Of a stretch of DNA of 64,000 bases, positions 1 to 14,929 are shown piece by piece (the first letter of the stretch is position 1; each line of letters starts with the position of its first letter). The notes below the pieces were generated by a model that was given only the letters and a program-made list of their open reading frames with translations, was not told where the DNA came from and made no database searches. The stretch is from the NCBI GenBank assembly GCA_030141605.1, contig JAQGDQ010000266.1, positions 124,001 to 188,000 of the forward strand, given 5' to 3'. Origin of the DNA: Tubiluchus corallicola. Taxonomy: Eukaryota > Animalia > Priapulida. Made by a program: the position numbers and the translations under genes.

Positions 1-2222
1 GAAACTTTATGAAGAAAGCGGGTAAGGGACAAGAAAGATGTATTCTTGACACAGATTCCTCGACAGGGAGGGAATGTTTCGCCCATTCTTTTTTCACAAA
101 ACCTGAATGAAAACCACGACGTTTTGTGAATCCCTACTTTTTAAAGGCAAAGCACATATCTATCCCACGTGTTCCTAAATACTTGTCAAAAATTTGAATT
201 TAACTCAGCTTCTTAGGAAGAGTTGAATGACAATTTTAAAACTGATCTTTGTCCAGAATACTTTTCAGGGCGTCGTTCACCATACCATGATCAAGGCTCT
301 TACCCTAGGTATGTTCTTTGCAAGTTTTGTAACTCTACATGCTACAGTTCTGGCTCGAACTGACCAACGTCCTGAATGTCCTGCGTGTCTTTGATCATTT
401 GAGCGAGATCACTGACCGAGACAAATTTCTAAGTTTCACATTGTGGCCTCTATCTCGGACCCTTAAAGAATCCAGGCACACGTCCCGTCTTTACGAAAAC
501 TTTGAAACGAACTACTTTTGTTTCTTGAAGTCTCAGTGAACAAGCCGTCAGACTGGGGAAATCTTCCGTTGATGTTGGTACGTTTAGCTCTTTTTTAAAA
601 TTACACGTTTTAAATGCGTTGGAAAGTTTAAACAATATGGATTTTTGTTTTTGCTTCAATAAAGAACTGCATAGCATGTGCAAGGAATAATAAATTTTTC
701 TCACATATAAACTTCTGTAAATTGAGCTTCGAAGGACTGTGTGAAATTTAACATTAGCATATTTTATTAATTTATTTTTATAAAAAAAATTGCCATTTTT
801 ACACGCGCTTGTGACGGAGCAACCTTATCTTGCACAGCTAACTATTATTTCGTCGTTATAGCCCAAATAAGAACGGTAAATATGTTGTTGCATTTTCCTT
901 GTATGACTTGTGTCAGTACCAGAAATTTTTGTCCTTGTTTTCCATGTTTTTCAGAGTTTCTCCTTCTACTCCTTCTATATCCAAATAAGGTGTTGGGCAG
1001 CCGCTAAAACTGTTTTGCCTCAAAATTCGTTAAAAGACATGATATTTCTTGTTTGCATTAAATGTTTCTTATTTTCCGTATAAACTGGTAATTTAAAAAA
1101 GCTTTTAAAGAACGCTTCTTCCAACAAAGTATACACAGACAAATCAGAACTTGAGATATTACGCATGCGTCTCAAATTTTTGCTGGCAGGGTTTCTTGCT
1201 CAAACAAAATAATGATATAGAAAATTTATTTTTCTAGATTTAGTGCTTCTGTGTGCACAAAGCGAGACGCGGTAGCGGAAGGCTGTTACTGTTGTGATGA
1301 AAAGAAACATGCACAATCTGAAAATACCTAATTTTATAGCGTGTCGCGTTGCACAAGAAATAATTTCGCGTCGCCTGAAGATAAAAAAACATTCTTATTA
1401 TAATATAAAATTCTCGCAACGTTTGATGTATAACTAAGATAGCAGGTCATGTAAGCTCTCTATTCAAGTTTGACCAGAACGACTAATGAGTTTCTTTCTT
1501 GGTTTTTGTTGTTGTTGTTGTGTCGTCGTCGTCGTTGTTGTCGTTGTCGTTGTCGTCGTCCTCATCATTATGTATTTTTATAAGTAAACTGTTATAACGT
1601 GTACCTTGCTACAAAAGTTGTATTTATTATACTTACCCTCGTGACAATAGCCTTTGGAGCTTCTGTTGAAAGGTCGACACGCAGTTAAGAAGCATGTACT
1701 TTTTGCATTCAAGTTCGAATCCCAGTTTGTTTTTTGACTTTTAAGTGTTGTACCAGCCAGCTACCATCATTAAGAAAGAATTACAAACAAGCACTACAAA
1801 GAAAGGGCGCATATTGTTGATCATTAGTGCACTGGTCTAATAATATTTGCCATTTTACACGTTTCTACTTGATTTGCAGTCCTTGCTAGTTTGATACAAA
1901 AAGATGTCACATAAAACATTTACTGTCCCAGAAACGTAACCTTGCCAGTGTGTTATTATATGATGTAATGTTTGTGCCGACATTGTTATTTGGGTTGTTT
2001 GTATGAAAAACTAAATAGCGTAAAACAGAAGCACAAACGCTCACACCCGGCTCACACCCGGCTAGTCTGATTAATTTATCGAAAGAAAAGCCGTTTTCTC
2101 TGGTTTTCTCATAATTAATTAGAATGGTTTTATGAACTTTTTACTTTAACCAGCTATCTTCGGTTATACAAATATTTTAGTAATGAGGATTATTTTCTCA
2201 GTTTTGTTTTTCTTCTTTTCAG

Positions 2223-2258
2223 CTCTTCCGAAAAACAGATATGCGAGACGAAAATCAG
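2223..2258 (+). CDS. PRKAR2: PKA type II regulatory subunit, first coding exon visible in window (LPKNRYARRKS, inhibitor/autophosphorylation site)
   Basis: Polypyrimidine tract + ttcag acceptor, gtaaat donor; 36 nt, phase 1-1. Joined to the next exon it reads RRKSV, the RRxS substrate-type site that defines RII subunits. Confidence 0.9.
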
Positions 2259-3576
2259 GTAAATTAGTACTTTAGTGTATTGAACATTATAAGTTACCAA
2301 AACAGAGTAAAAGTACAATTTGCTTTGCAAAATATTAGAGAGTATAAAAACAGTCTAAGTTGATAAGTAAAAAGATATATTCTAAAAAAGACACGTAAAT
2401 AAAGTTATATTATAAAGTATATTTAGAAAACAAATGTTTTCCCGCCCATTAAAGTGTTAAACTTAAGTGTGAAATTTGAATTTAAATTCATGGGTTTTTT
2501 TTAGAGTAGCCTGCCTATTCTAATGATTGTTAACAATTCCAAATTGTAATGCAGTTAGTTCTATATACCAGCTATTTAAATTAGAGTTCACGTAAGTTCT
2601 CATATTATTATTATTCCAAAGAAATCAATGGAGACAGCATAGAAATCTATTTTGTACTGTTTGAGAAAAATGTTTTAGCAGAGTAAAAAAAATCTCCTTG
2701 ATATAAGATCATAGAATTGTTCTGAGGATGTTTGCGTCACGTGTTATACTAAAATTTTAGAGGCGACACCTGTTGCAACAACCTCTTTTGTACATAGATG
2801 TATAATTGTATATATAGCTGTAAATACGAGATTATTAAACGCAACTGTGGTACCTATACGTCTTTGCTACGTAATAATAGGTTTATTATTATGCCAAATG
2901 GTAAAATGGTCATTATTGTATAATTTTGGATGTGTTCTGATTTGAGTTGTCGGTGTGAGCTGTTTTACCATAATTATGACGAATAATCGTTTCTCGTGTT
3001 GGGCGATATTAAAAGCAAAATGCTAAGAACATTTATCGTCAACATTTGAGTAGCAAAATTGCATGAGCTGCTTCATTTACTGTTGAACCGGCATAAAAAT
3101 AATTTTAATAAACAGAACTATCGTCACAAATCTTGCCAACAGCAGTTGTTGTCCTTTTATAAATGCGCAATTTTTATTATACAATGTGCACATTGTATGA
3201 CTATTTTTTATCTATTATCTTATAAGTTACGCGTAACAAACATATTAATTCGACGCTCACAGCTCATATAGTGCATTTGATTTTTTAAACCCAGCTTTAA
3301 TGCTTAACCCAAGCATTTACAGATCCGCCCTAGGTCAGCTAATCCGCCCTTCCCTCTCTTAAACTTATTACTGAATTACATGACGTCAGATGACGTGTGT
3401 TAAAGTTTGCTGCTTATACGTGCTAATTCCTAGAGCGATAAATTTGCGGTAAATGGAAATAGATTGACCATTCTTGTGGCTTTTATCTGATGGTAATTAA
3501 AATTTAACGCAGATTAGTAAGATTGTTGTCGTCATTACAGCGCGAATTATGATCTACCAACAAGAAACATTGATTG

Positions 3577-3596
3577 CACACACACGCACACGCGCA

Positions 3597-3648
<52 letters not shown>
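3577..3648. repeat. (CA)n/(CACG)n microsatellite
   Basis: Direct reading. Confidence 0.95.
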
Positions 3649-3649
<1 letters not shown>

Positions 3650-4159
3650 CTGCAAAATCTGCATTGACACAACATTACTAGGATCGTTATCGTCGTTTCC
3701 TCATAATAATAATCATCATCATACTATCACTGCTGTTACCTCACATTTTCCTCATTATGTCTCTTTCGTCATCAATTTTATTTTAACAAGTGCTTGCCAT
3801 CACCTTTTTAAACTGTTCTTTTTCTGTTTCTCTTTTTTGAAATCCTTCCCAAAAGAATTTTCGTTGGTAAAATTAAAATTTTACTCTTATAAAAGGTGCA
3901 CAAATAAACTTCGCTTACAAGAAAATCCCCATCTACAAGAGTAACATTTTAATTAAAGCGAATTACTTCAAAACATACATGTAAACTTGCAAAATTAGTG
4001 TGAACTTTATTATTTTATATAAACATCTTAAATACGTTTGAATGAAGAGGAATTTTTAAGTTTTTAGACAGAAACCAGCATAATTCCTTAACTGGCATTT
4101 TAGGCAATTATAACTTTAAAGGTTTGGCTTAGTTTACGATGTTGACTTTTCTTTTTCAG

Positions 4160-4206
4160 TTTCAGCAGAAAAATATGATCCAGAGGCAGATGATGACGGA
4201 GAAAAG
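4160..4206 (+). CDS. PRKAR2: PKA RII exon (V-SAEKYDPEADDDGEK)
   Basis: ctttttcag acceptor, gtatta donor; continues the frame; AExYDPE linker motif typical of RII. Confidence 0.9.
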
Positions 4207-5485
4207 GTATTATTTCCACAATTTATTTAATTATTTACTTATTTTTATTAATCCAAGCGTTTCAGTTTTTGAGAGTAGCGGGATCTTAGACTGGTGTTCA
4301 TGAGGCTACTCAAGATGAGTTTATGAACTTCAGAAGGCAGAAAAGTTGTAGGTTTCGTCATTGTGAGGTCTTTTGTCCTTGATTTAAAAACAAATTCGCT
4401 TGTAAATTTTCACGTATAAAAATAGTGATATATATCCTTGGGATATGTTTGTTCTGGGTCCGGAAGTTGTAGAAAAACACGTGACCAAGATAAAATCTAG
4501 TGGCTTTGAAATAAATCCGCTTACCGCTTTTGCCAGATTGCATTTCATGCTACTAACACTTAATGTCGGACCGAGACGGTCTTCCACGTTCTCAGCCTCT
4601 TTCAACTTGTAAAGAAACCAGTCGTAGATGAAACCTTCCAAAAGCAATTTTCCAGAGTTACCCATTCTAACCAGCAGCTAAGTACGCATTTGTTCCATAG
4701 TTATTACCTAATAAATGCGGTCATTATATTGCAACGATATATTGTAAGAAAAGAATTGAACAAATGATTGAACAACTTCATTAGTACATTTATATTAGTA
4801 CAGTATATTTTCTTGACGATTAGATAAAAATCATGCATTTGTGCATTTGTAAGCTTTCAAATATATAATGAGATTAGCGACAAAAGTCAAAAATGCTCGT
4901 TTCTGAATCATTTGATTGTCACTAAAATAGCAATAAAGTCAAGCGTTCTCGTATGTCAATAAACGATCAGGGCTTCTCCTAAAAACAACATGGCAGCTTG
5001 GTGCTTACAGTAAATTAGACCTCAGTAAGCTATTATTGTGTAGACTAATCATAGCAATCAGTATCGAGCTCACGACACAGATTGGGAGTGATTAGGGGCG
5101 CTAGCTGAAAACGCGTGTGATTTAACCAAAGTAGGTTGCACTGAACTGACGTTCCCAATTGGGTAGTTGACAATCCAACATTAGCTGTTAGGCCTACTTA
5201 CTCAGCTCTTAGGCCCATAAAACAGAAACGGGGAAATTACAAACAAAATGCGGGTGAAACGAATGTATAATAAAACCAGCTTGATTTTACACTTTGTGAA
5301 CTTCGCCGTCGCTTGAAATTAAGCCACTTAATTTACTTGCTGGTACCGTGTCATTGTCAGGTTCGAGACTTGCTGCTGGGGAGCAATTAACCTCTGAACA
5401 ATCTTTGGTTTGAAGTCTATCGTATTATTATCACATGCTGTGTACAAAATACATAGTTAATTCATTGCAAAAAAGAAAACAAGGC

Positions 5486-5674
5486 AACATGAACACAATG
5501 AACTGATTCAGAACATGAACACAGTGAACTGATTCAGAACATGAACACAGTGAACTGATTCAGAACATGAACACAGTGAACTGATTCAGAACATGAACAC
5601 AGTGAACTGATTCAGAACATGAACACAGTGAACTGATTCAGAACATGAACACAATGAACTGATTCAGAACATGA
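5486..5674. repeat. 26-bp minisatellite, about 7 copies
   Basis: Unit aacatgaacacagtgaactgattcag. Confidence 0.95.
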
Positions 5675-8295
5675 TTATGAATGTGCTGATTCTGCCGATT
5701 TTTTAAATCAAATCCAAATAAAGGAGATTTCAGTTGAAGGGCCAGTATCATGTTGACCATGAATTGTATCGTATTTCCTTAATATGCTAAGTCTTTGCTA
5801 ACGTGTTTGCTAATTACTTGTAACAAAAAATATGTAAATTGTCTGTCTTACACCATTTTCAAATTATAATTTGGCTAAGGTTTTGAGTCTCACCAGAGTT
5901 TGTCGTCAACCCACCAAAATTGAAACCTCGTGTGTGCATGTAATAACTAAATAAGGCTACATTATAATACAATATAATACTTTTATATAACGTGTTTTCA
6001 GAAAGTAATTCTCACAGACATAATAATAAAAACGATAAGATCTATTCACCAATAATATAACAGAAAACAACGAACAGCAAAGCATAGGCTACCTATCTTG
6101 TACCATTTTGAGGCATCAATAGCATTTTTTGAACTCGGACGAAAAACCGTTCATAGGCTTTTGGGCTAATTCTGCCCCTCCCCCTTATATGCTCATCTGT
6201 AAAATCAACATTGAGAAACTCCATAATGTCTTCCTTTGCATACTCAATACTAGTTTGTTATGATGATAAAACACAACATTTCTGAAAAGTGATTAGATTT
6301 CTTGTGGATCCGATTCATCGATTATTGACCTCAAACCAATTGAGCTCAACCAAATCAAAGATCTGAGAAACCGGTCGAATCAAAGGTTGAGGCAAGTCAG
6401 ATATCCTTTTTTGTGAAGTTATAAGCATATTAAAGGAAATTTTAAATATTATTCAAACTAAAATTCTGACTTCCTTGGTATTTTTCAATAAATGATGCCT
6501 TGTACATTGCTTTGGTTATAGTAGTTTGAACCGTTATTTTGCATTTTGCCAAGGAAAGCAATTAGTTAATGAAACAGTAAATTGGAATTAATTCCAGTGA
6601 TGAAGCCACTGTAAAAAAGTCTGTCTTCTGATTTGTTCCCCTTTTTTACAAACAATGTCTGTAACCATAGCTATTTTGTGGGTCCACTCAACATACCCAA
6701 TCTTGTAGGAAGATCTGCACACAAACTCCACATTACGAGCAAGTTAAACATTGCTTCAATGCGATTCTGTTCAAATATTGAGTCCAATTAGTGCAACTAT
6801 TGTGCCCATTACACTGCCTGTATTTATTTCTGGCGTTATGAAATTGTCCTCCCAGTTTGGCGTGAACTCTGGGTTAGTACAGTCCTGCTAATAGGAAGGA
6901 TTTTTATTGATCGATGTTCAAATGTCTTTGATTTCACAAAAAAAGAAGTCGTCTACAATTTGCCTGTAAACCGAATTTTAGTTTAGAAGCTGTTCGCGTT
7001 TTCGTATATTTAACTTGTAAGGGTATCGCGCTCTTGTTGATAACTTAATACTAGTAACAGATTTGCTGTCATTAACAGTCTGGCGAAATAATTCTGTTTT
7101 CCGTTTTTGCTTCTGCTTGAGTAGCAGTTGCTTATTCTTTTCTCACAATAACCGTACTCTGGATTTGACAGTGTGAAAAGTATTTCCGTATTGCCTGTCA
7201 CAATTTCCTCTGGCAAAAATTTTGAAAACAACAAGCATTGCAGCAATGATTGGCGAAGAATAAGTGTTATTTGTACAAGGTAAACGCTTTAAGTTGGAAT
7301 TATGCAACTGCGCTAGTTACGAATTTCATGTTTTAAAGGATGTTCCATTATATTTTACATAAAAACCGGCATTATAAGTCTATAGATTTATTTGAAAATA
7401 ACGTTTCGGTTTAATCGCTATTGCTGACAAATTTCTAAACAAAATTGAATTCATAATGAACTTTTTGTAAATTAAATTTTTTCTTCAGTATAAAAATATA
7501 AAACCATCAATTTTTTAAAATTACAATATATATAATTTGCTGCCTGGAACTCATTAAGATTTTGATTAATACGATTAGATTTTGAACTCATTATAATTGT
7601 AGAACATTTATGATAATTAATACAATTTTTTTACTTTTAGATAATGAACTTTTACCTTCTATAGATGTTTATAATCGCTGGTATAAGTAACACGTTTTAC
7701 TTATGCCAGTGATGATGAAGATCTGTAGAAAGCAAAAGTTCACATTATCTAATAATTCATAAACCTAATGTGTAACATTTAGTCTGAATCCATGTCATTC
7801 TAAAACTTGACTAGTTTACAAATTAATCGTAAAGTATTATTGTAATGCAAAATATAAAATTTACAGTAAAAGTTTGTTGATAAATGATCTACGAAATTTT
7901 AACGAATTCCTAACAGCAACTGATGGTGTAATTTTTAAAAAAGTTACAGTTTTATATTTAATTAGAGAAAATTTTAATGTGAGTTTAATTTTAATTACAG
8001 ATTTTTCAGTTGAGAATGGCTTAGTGATTAAACCAAAACGTTCTATAGCTATTTTTGTTGCATAAAAATAAATTTATTGAAATTAGAATGCAGTGAGGTA
8101 TGGTAACTGGCATGACTTTGCTCATGATAATGTCACTTCATTTCTAAATATCTTGATAATGCAGAATCACAATAAACGATAGTATATTCAAACCAAACTA
8201 GGCCAAAAGGACCCAATAACAAAAAATAGGAGACTGGTAAAATTAGATTTGAACCAGGATCTTTTGGAATGCAAGTCTAATATCATATACTAATA

Positions 8296-10229
8296 ACTAT
8301 GAAACAATCACTTGTGATCAACCCACGGTGTAATTCAAATATAATGGCTATACCACAGTCACTTGTGATCAACCCAGGGTGTAATTCAAATATAATGACT
8401 ATACCACAATCACTTGTGATCAACCCAGGGTGTAATTCAAATATAATGACTATACCACAATCACTTGTGATCAACCTATAGTGTAATTCAAATATAATGG
8501 CTATACCACAATCACTTGTGATCAACCCAGGGTGTAATTCAAATATAATGACTATACCACAATCACTTGTGATCAACCTATAGTGTAATTCAAATATAAT
8601 GACTATACCACGTTCACTTGTGATCAACCCAGGGTGTAATTCAAATATAATGACTATACCACAATCACTTGTGATCAACCCAGGGTGTAATTCAAATATA
8701 ATGACTATATCACAATCACTTGTGATCAACCTAGGGTGTAATTCAAATATAATGACTATATCACAATCACTTGTGATCAACCTAGGGTGTAATTCAAATA
8801 TAATGACTATACCACAATCACTTGTGATCAACCTATAGTGTAATTCAAATATAATGACTATACCACAATCACTTGTGATCAACCTAGGGTGTAATTCAAA
8901 TATAATGACTATACCACAATCACTTGTGATCAACCTATACTGTAATTCAAATATAATGACTATACCACAATCACTTGTGATCAACCTAGGGTGTAATTCA
9001 AATATAATGACTATACCACAATCACTTGTGATCAACCTAGGGTGTAATTCAAATATAAGGACTATATCACAATCACTTGTGATCAACCTAGGGTGTAATT
9101 CAAATATAATGGCTATACCACAATCACTTGTGATCAACCTAGGGTGTAATTCAAATATAATGACTATACCACAATCACTTGTGATCAACCTATAGTGTAA
9201 TTCAAATATAATGACTATACCACAATCACTTGTGATCAACCTATACTGTAATTCAAATATAATGGCTATACCACAATCACTTGTGATCAACCTATACTGT
9301 AATTCAAATATAATGACTATACCACAATCACTTGTGATCAACCTATACTGTAATTCAAATATAATGACTATACCACAATCACTTGTGATCAACCTATACT
9401 GTAATTCAAATATAATGACTATACCACAATCACTTGTGATCAACCTATACTGTAATTCAAATATAATGACTATACCACAATCACTTGTGATCAACCTATA
9501 GTGTAATTCAAATATAATGACTATACCACAATCACTTGTGATCAACCTATACTGTAATTCAAATATAATGACTATACCACAATCACTTGTGATCAACCTA
9601 TGGTGTAATCAAATATAATGACTATACCACAATCACTTGTGATCAACCTAGGGTGTAATTCAAATATAATGACTATACCACAATCACTTGTGATCAACCT
9701 AGGGTGTAATTCAAATATAATGACTATACCACAATCACTTGTGATCAACCTAGGGTGTAATTCAAATATAATGACTATACCACAATCACTTGTGATCAAC
9801 CTAGGGTGTAATTCAAATATAATGACTATACCACAATCACTTGTGATCAACCTATACTGTAATTCAAATATAATGGCTATACCACAATCACTTGTGATCA
9901 ACCTAGGGTGTAATTCAAATATAATGACTATACCACAATCACTTGTGATCAACCTATAGTGTAATTCAAATATAATGACTATACCACAATCACTTGTGAT
10001 CAACCTATAGTGTAATTCAAATATAATGACTATACCACAATCACTTGTGATCAACCTATAGTGTAATTCAAATATAATGGCTATACCACAATCACTTGTG
10101 ATCAACCTATAGTGTAATTCAAATATAATGACTATACCACAATCACTTGTGATCAACCTATAGTGTAATTCAAATATAATGGCTATACCACAATCACTTG
10201 TGATCAACCTATACTGTAATTCAGATATA
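8296..10229. repeat. 51-bp minisatellite, about 38 copies
   Basis: Unit cacaatcacttgtgatcaacc(tagg/cagg/tata)(g/c)tgtaattcaaatataatgactatac. Confidence 0.98.
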
Positions 10230-10470
10230 ACAGGTCATAATCGCATGCGGTAATTCCATGCGTCAGTTTGTTTGCGCTAAAATAATTATTAAACGATTAA
10301 ATTGTTTTTTTTACTACAGTTAAAAGTCTAGATTAATTTGTAGATAATTAATCAATTATTTACGCTCTTAACTTGCAAAATTAACCTTAATGATGTAAGA
10401 AATCCATAATTATTAATTTTTTAAACTTATTTAGCGCCATGGTTTAGCCAAAACAAATATGTTTCTATTG

Positions 10471-10690
<220 letters not shown>

Positions 10691-10846
10691 ATATTATATT
10701 TATATAAGTTACAAGTGTACTAAAGTAGCCTGCAATAATGGTGATGCTGATGATGATGATGATGCCACTAAGTTTACCAAAGTAACTAAAGTGTAACTAA
10801 AGTTTACTGTGAATCTCATTACGCGATTAGTTGGTTCCATTTTTAG

Positions 10847-10930
10847 GTAGTATATCCAAAATCAGACGAGCAAAGGCAACGACTGTCAGAAGCAGTCAAA
10901 GACATCTTGCTATTTCGTGCTTTAGACACA
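10847..10930 (+). CDS. PRKAR2: PKA RII exon ([28 protein letters not shown])
   Basis: ttttag acceptor, gtaagt donor; 28 codons; PKSDEQRxRL...ILLF motif preceding CNB-A. Confidence 0.95.
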
Positions 10931-11445
10931 GTAAGTGTTTTCTTCTGTCAGCTACGTGTGATTTTACATTGTTCATAAATATAATATGAATATAGTTATT
11001 CTTACAGTAAGTATCTCACCTACAGTTTTTTATCGGAAAGAAAATCTCTTAATTTAGACAACTGAGATGTCTAACGTGTGAGTTTTTTATGTTTGTGTAA
11101 TGAATAAGTCATTTTCATTCAAAACTACCTTGTATAACATAAAAGTATTAAAAGGCTTGACTTCTCTCTATCTCAAAATATTGACATTATGTATTTTAGT
11201 TTTTCAAAGTCTTAGGTCTTAATTGTATGGAGTTTTATATTGTGTAAATGCATTGAATATTGTTGCTAGTTTTATGATTTAATAATAATAGTGAAATAGT
11301 ATTGCAATAATAATTAGGCTTTAAATTATTGCCAGAAGGCTTCCATTTCTAGCGTTGATTCTAACCACAAGCTAATAATTTTCTGCTTGAAATTGACATT
11401 TATTAAAAAACCGATTATTTAGTGACCTTCTTCTGTTTTTGTTAG

Positions 11446-11487
11446 GAACAAATGCAAGGTGTCCTAGATGCCATGTTCGAGAAAAAG
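11446..11487 (+). CDS. PRKAR2: PKA RII exon (EQMQGVLDAMFEKK)
   Basis: gttag acceptor, gtagga donor; 14 codons; VLDAMFEK motif. Confidence 0.95.
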
Positions 11488-12075
11488 GTAGGATCCCCTT
11501 TTTTGTCTTTTTGTGTTCATTCGCTTGGTCTTCTGATACTGGAAAAAAGAAAATATCTTACAAGCATAGCTGAGTCTCTGGAAAACATTTCGAAAAAAGT
11601 AGTACGTCTTGTCGTGCTCGAAATTATTCATCTCTTGCAGCTGTCATCTATTTTTTTCGGCTTTCAACTTTGCCAGTGTGGTTGATTTAGTTCGGGGGGT
11701 CAACCTTGCAGCCCGAAGGTCAAACTCAGCTGATCGTTGAAGCTATTTTATCACTAATTCTATAGCCTTCATTATTGCTGCAATGGTTCTTAAGTTTATT
11801 TTCAAGCATAACTACTTTTTTTATTTAATATGTAATTTTTTGCCATAACATAACTTAATTGTTATACGTTGCTTAAGTATTAGCACTTTTTTATGAATTA
11901 ATGTATAATTTAATGTTACCACGAACATTTTGTACTGCAATTTGGATAATGTGTGTTGTAAATAAAATAAATAGTTTACAGAATTAAATTCCAAAGAAAA
12001 AACAACCATTCAAACTGATAAATTGTGTAGAACAATTCGATGCCGACATTTGTTTTTTTATTGTTGTTGTTTCAG

Positions 12076-12140
12076 GTGCAAGCTGATGAACATGTGATTG
12101 ATCAAGGTGACGACGGCGACAACTTTTATGTAATTGACAG
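12076..12140 (+). CDS. PRKAR2: PKA RII exon, CNB-A ([21 protein letters not shown])
   Basis: ttcag acceptor, gtaata donor; [14 protein letters not shown] is diagnostic of R-subunit CNB-A. Confidence 0.97.
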
Positions 12141-12529
12141 GTAATAAATTCTTATGTAAACTTATGTAAACTACAATTGAATTATTTGCTGCATAGTGTC
12201 AAGTATAAATACTGCTAGCTATAAGACGCCAAATCTACTTATACTAAAAAAAACTGCAGCTTTCATGTCAATAAACGTATTAGCGTATTTAGAATTAAGG
12301 AGTGTCAAAATAGGGTTTAAAACTTTCTTAGAGCATGCCTTAATTACATATTTGGTTCTGTAATATGCAGTTTTAAAGGTGGTGTAGAAAAAACAAGTTT
12401 AGGTCAGTACAAGAAGCGATTCAAAACAGCGTCTCATGCTGCTTAGAAGTAACTGTTTTGAAACCAGAATTTCAACTCAGGACTGTCATGCTGTACATTC
12501 TGGATCAACCATATTCTGAAGCACTCGTT

Positions 12530-12900
12530 CAGAATGATAGTTTCTGAAGCAGTTTCTATCATGTGAGATCCACGTGAGGCAATGTTTTGAATCAGTGGGA
12601 TTTTTTATACAACTTAGCTGGAGATTAGTAGTGGTTTTGCCAGTATTTTTCTCCTTATTAATGGTCATTTTCTAAGATTTACTGCAGTTTACGAATTAGT
12701 GATTCAGCACATTGGAAAATTGGGCAGCTATGACCCCGAGGTAGTCTTGAGTGTCCATTTAAGTGTTCATATGATTGGTAATTCAACGTAATTGATCGTA
12801 ATGACAAATACATTACACATCTATATAGGCATAGCTCATTATAAATCAATAGATGATAGAGTCTGATTTTGGCATAAATCCGCATAATGAAACGTCCAGT
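12530..12900 (-). mobile_element. Possible decayed piggyBac transposase C-terminus
   Basis: RNCFRNYH resembles the end of the piggyBac Cys-rich domain (CFxxYH); RLYHLL...LYR upstream; frames broken. Confidence 0.3.
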
Positions 12901-13553
12901 TTCTAACTGCCACTCCCTAGACCGGTTAGAGTCACACGAAGAATCCGTGTTCCACCCTGCAGGAGGTGAAGCATTTGTCACAATTGAACTTTCATTGTTG
13001 CGCCTTATGTACTGTCATACTCATAATGGAATGATGAGTCGTAGCGTTGAAAATATCAATATTAATGTATTTCTGAAAGCGACAGTCCAGTAATGAAGAA
13101 AGAGAGTAAATAGTATAGCAAAATTGCAGCCTGTATGGTAATTCACCTGCGGTATCTTAGTCGTCATTATCATCATCATCATCATCATCATTAACATCAC
13201 GATCGACATTGGCATCCTCATCCTTGACATCGACGTTATCACTAATGTAAAGTTATTGCGCCAAGTCCCAAGTACACTGGGATGGCACAGGATCTAGAAA
13301 ATTGGCATTACCGCTGCAAAAAGAAACGTAAGTCTACTTATCACTAGAAAATTGCCTCGATTAACCTGAATTACGAATGTTGCAATTCCTGCCTAGGAAT
13401 ACAGCAGCCACATTTACGCCAGCGCTGAAGTGGTAAAGAACACGAAATACCTGACGCTAATCCATAACCTTACCCTAACCTAATCTAGTGTACCTTATAA
13501 GGGTTCTGGGCACCCTGACCTAATCGTTGAACAAAATTCACTCGGTCAAACAC

Positions 13554-13808
13554 CTCGAGCTCACACACTCTATTCTACACTCCTCGAGCTCGCCCACACT
13601 ATACTACACTCCTCGAGCTCACACACACTATACTACACTCCTCGAGCTCGCATACACTATACTACACTCCTCGAGCTCGCCCACACTATACTACACTCCT
13701 CGAGCTCACATACACTATACTACACTCCTCGAGCTCACATACACTATACTACAGTCCTCGAGCTCGCACACACCATGCTCCTAGAGTTCGCAAACACTAT
13801 ACTACACT
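13554..13808 (+). repeat. 29-bp minisatellite, about 9 copies
   Basis: Unit ctcgagctcacacacactatactacactc. Confidence 0.95.
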
Positions 13809-14929
13809 GCTAGAACCTCGCTAGACGTGTATTACAAAAAAAATAGGTTACCCTAGAGAGGTAGCCACCCTCTCTACCTACTCAATTCCTGCGCAAAAAG
13901 TCCTAACCAATCTGATGCAAAAGACATACACTGAACATTCTAACGAATACACGCATTACAGTAGTTTCGTATTTCGACAGAAAAAGTAGGGCAGAAAGCT
14001 TTTGAATGGATAATAGCAGCGAAGCCCAAACAACCCACCCGAACGAAAGAATAAACTTAGTGCATTGTCCGTACTGTTAACTATTACAGAGACGACATAC
14101 GCATATCTAAACGGAACGTATGGAAACAAGAAATGATTTCAGGTTCTATAGCTTTTGTGTGTAACATCAACCCTCAACGAGATAAATGGACTGGGATTGT
14201 AAAACATTTTAAATTACCTCGAAATAATTCTCCCGTTTACCTATCCATTTACTGACCAGGTTCATCACTGCTGAATTTCGCTCGTTAAGCACACATGACA
14301 ACCAATCTATTCATCTAGTTACGTTATTCTTCCACATTAGTTCAACAATTTTCTGTTGTGATTCAAAAACGCCAGAATAATGAGACGTTGCTGACGGCAG
14401 TAATAATAGAGTCAGTTTTATTACAAAATTGAGGGCAGAGCCATTAACAGGTTCCTCGGCTTATATGTACGAAATATTTAAGTTGTGTGCTTTTTAAGCT
14501 TTTTAACATTTTACTAATGAAATAAGCCTAAATCTCGGTGTTAGTCTCAATTAATTATTCGTCTCTTAAATATTACAAATATTTTCCTTTCATGTCTAAA
14601 AAGGCTTCTATGTTATTTGGGTTTCAGTAGTTATGTAAAGGAATATTCTAGCTTGTAGTTTTCTGTATAATGGCTGCGGTTTTTTGTTTAGTTGGTTGTT
14701 GTTGGTTTGGTTGATGGTTTGCTTGGCAATAGATTGGTTTCGTTTGGCTTGGTTGGTTGATTGGTTAGGTTTTGGTTGGTTGCTTGCTTGGCATTTGCTT
14801 AGTTGATTTGGTTGTGTCTGATGTTGTAGAATTGCTTTTAGTGAGTGACGAGCAAACAAATGAGCTTGTGGTTAAGTAGTTGAGTGAACAGGTAGGTGAG
14901 TAAATGAATAAATGTGTAGTGTAGTTTGC

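Noticed and set aside
1-2222. Search for the PKA RII dimerization/docking exon
   Set aside because: No matching exon recognised; the short ORFs at 339-704 show no domain similarity.
4384-4665. GKLLLEGFIY resembling a FLYWCH/MULE N-terminus
   Set aside because: The required W, C and H residues do not follow; too weak to call.
8283-10207. 437-aa and 204-aa repetitive ORFs; CRISPR-like appearance
   Set aside because: Products of a 51-bp intronic satellite. There are no unique spacers or cas genes, and the context is eukaryotic.
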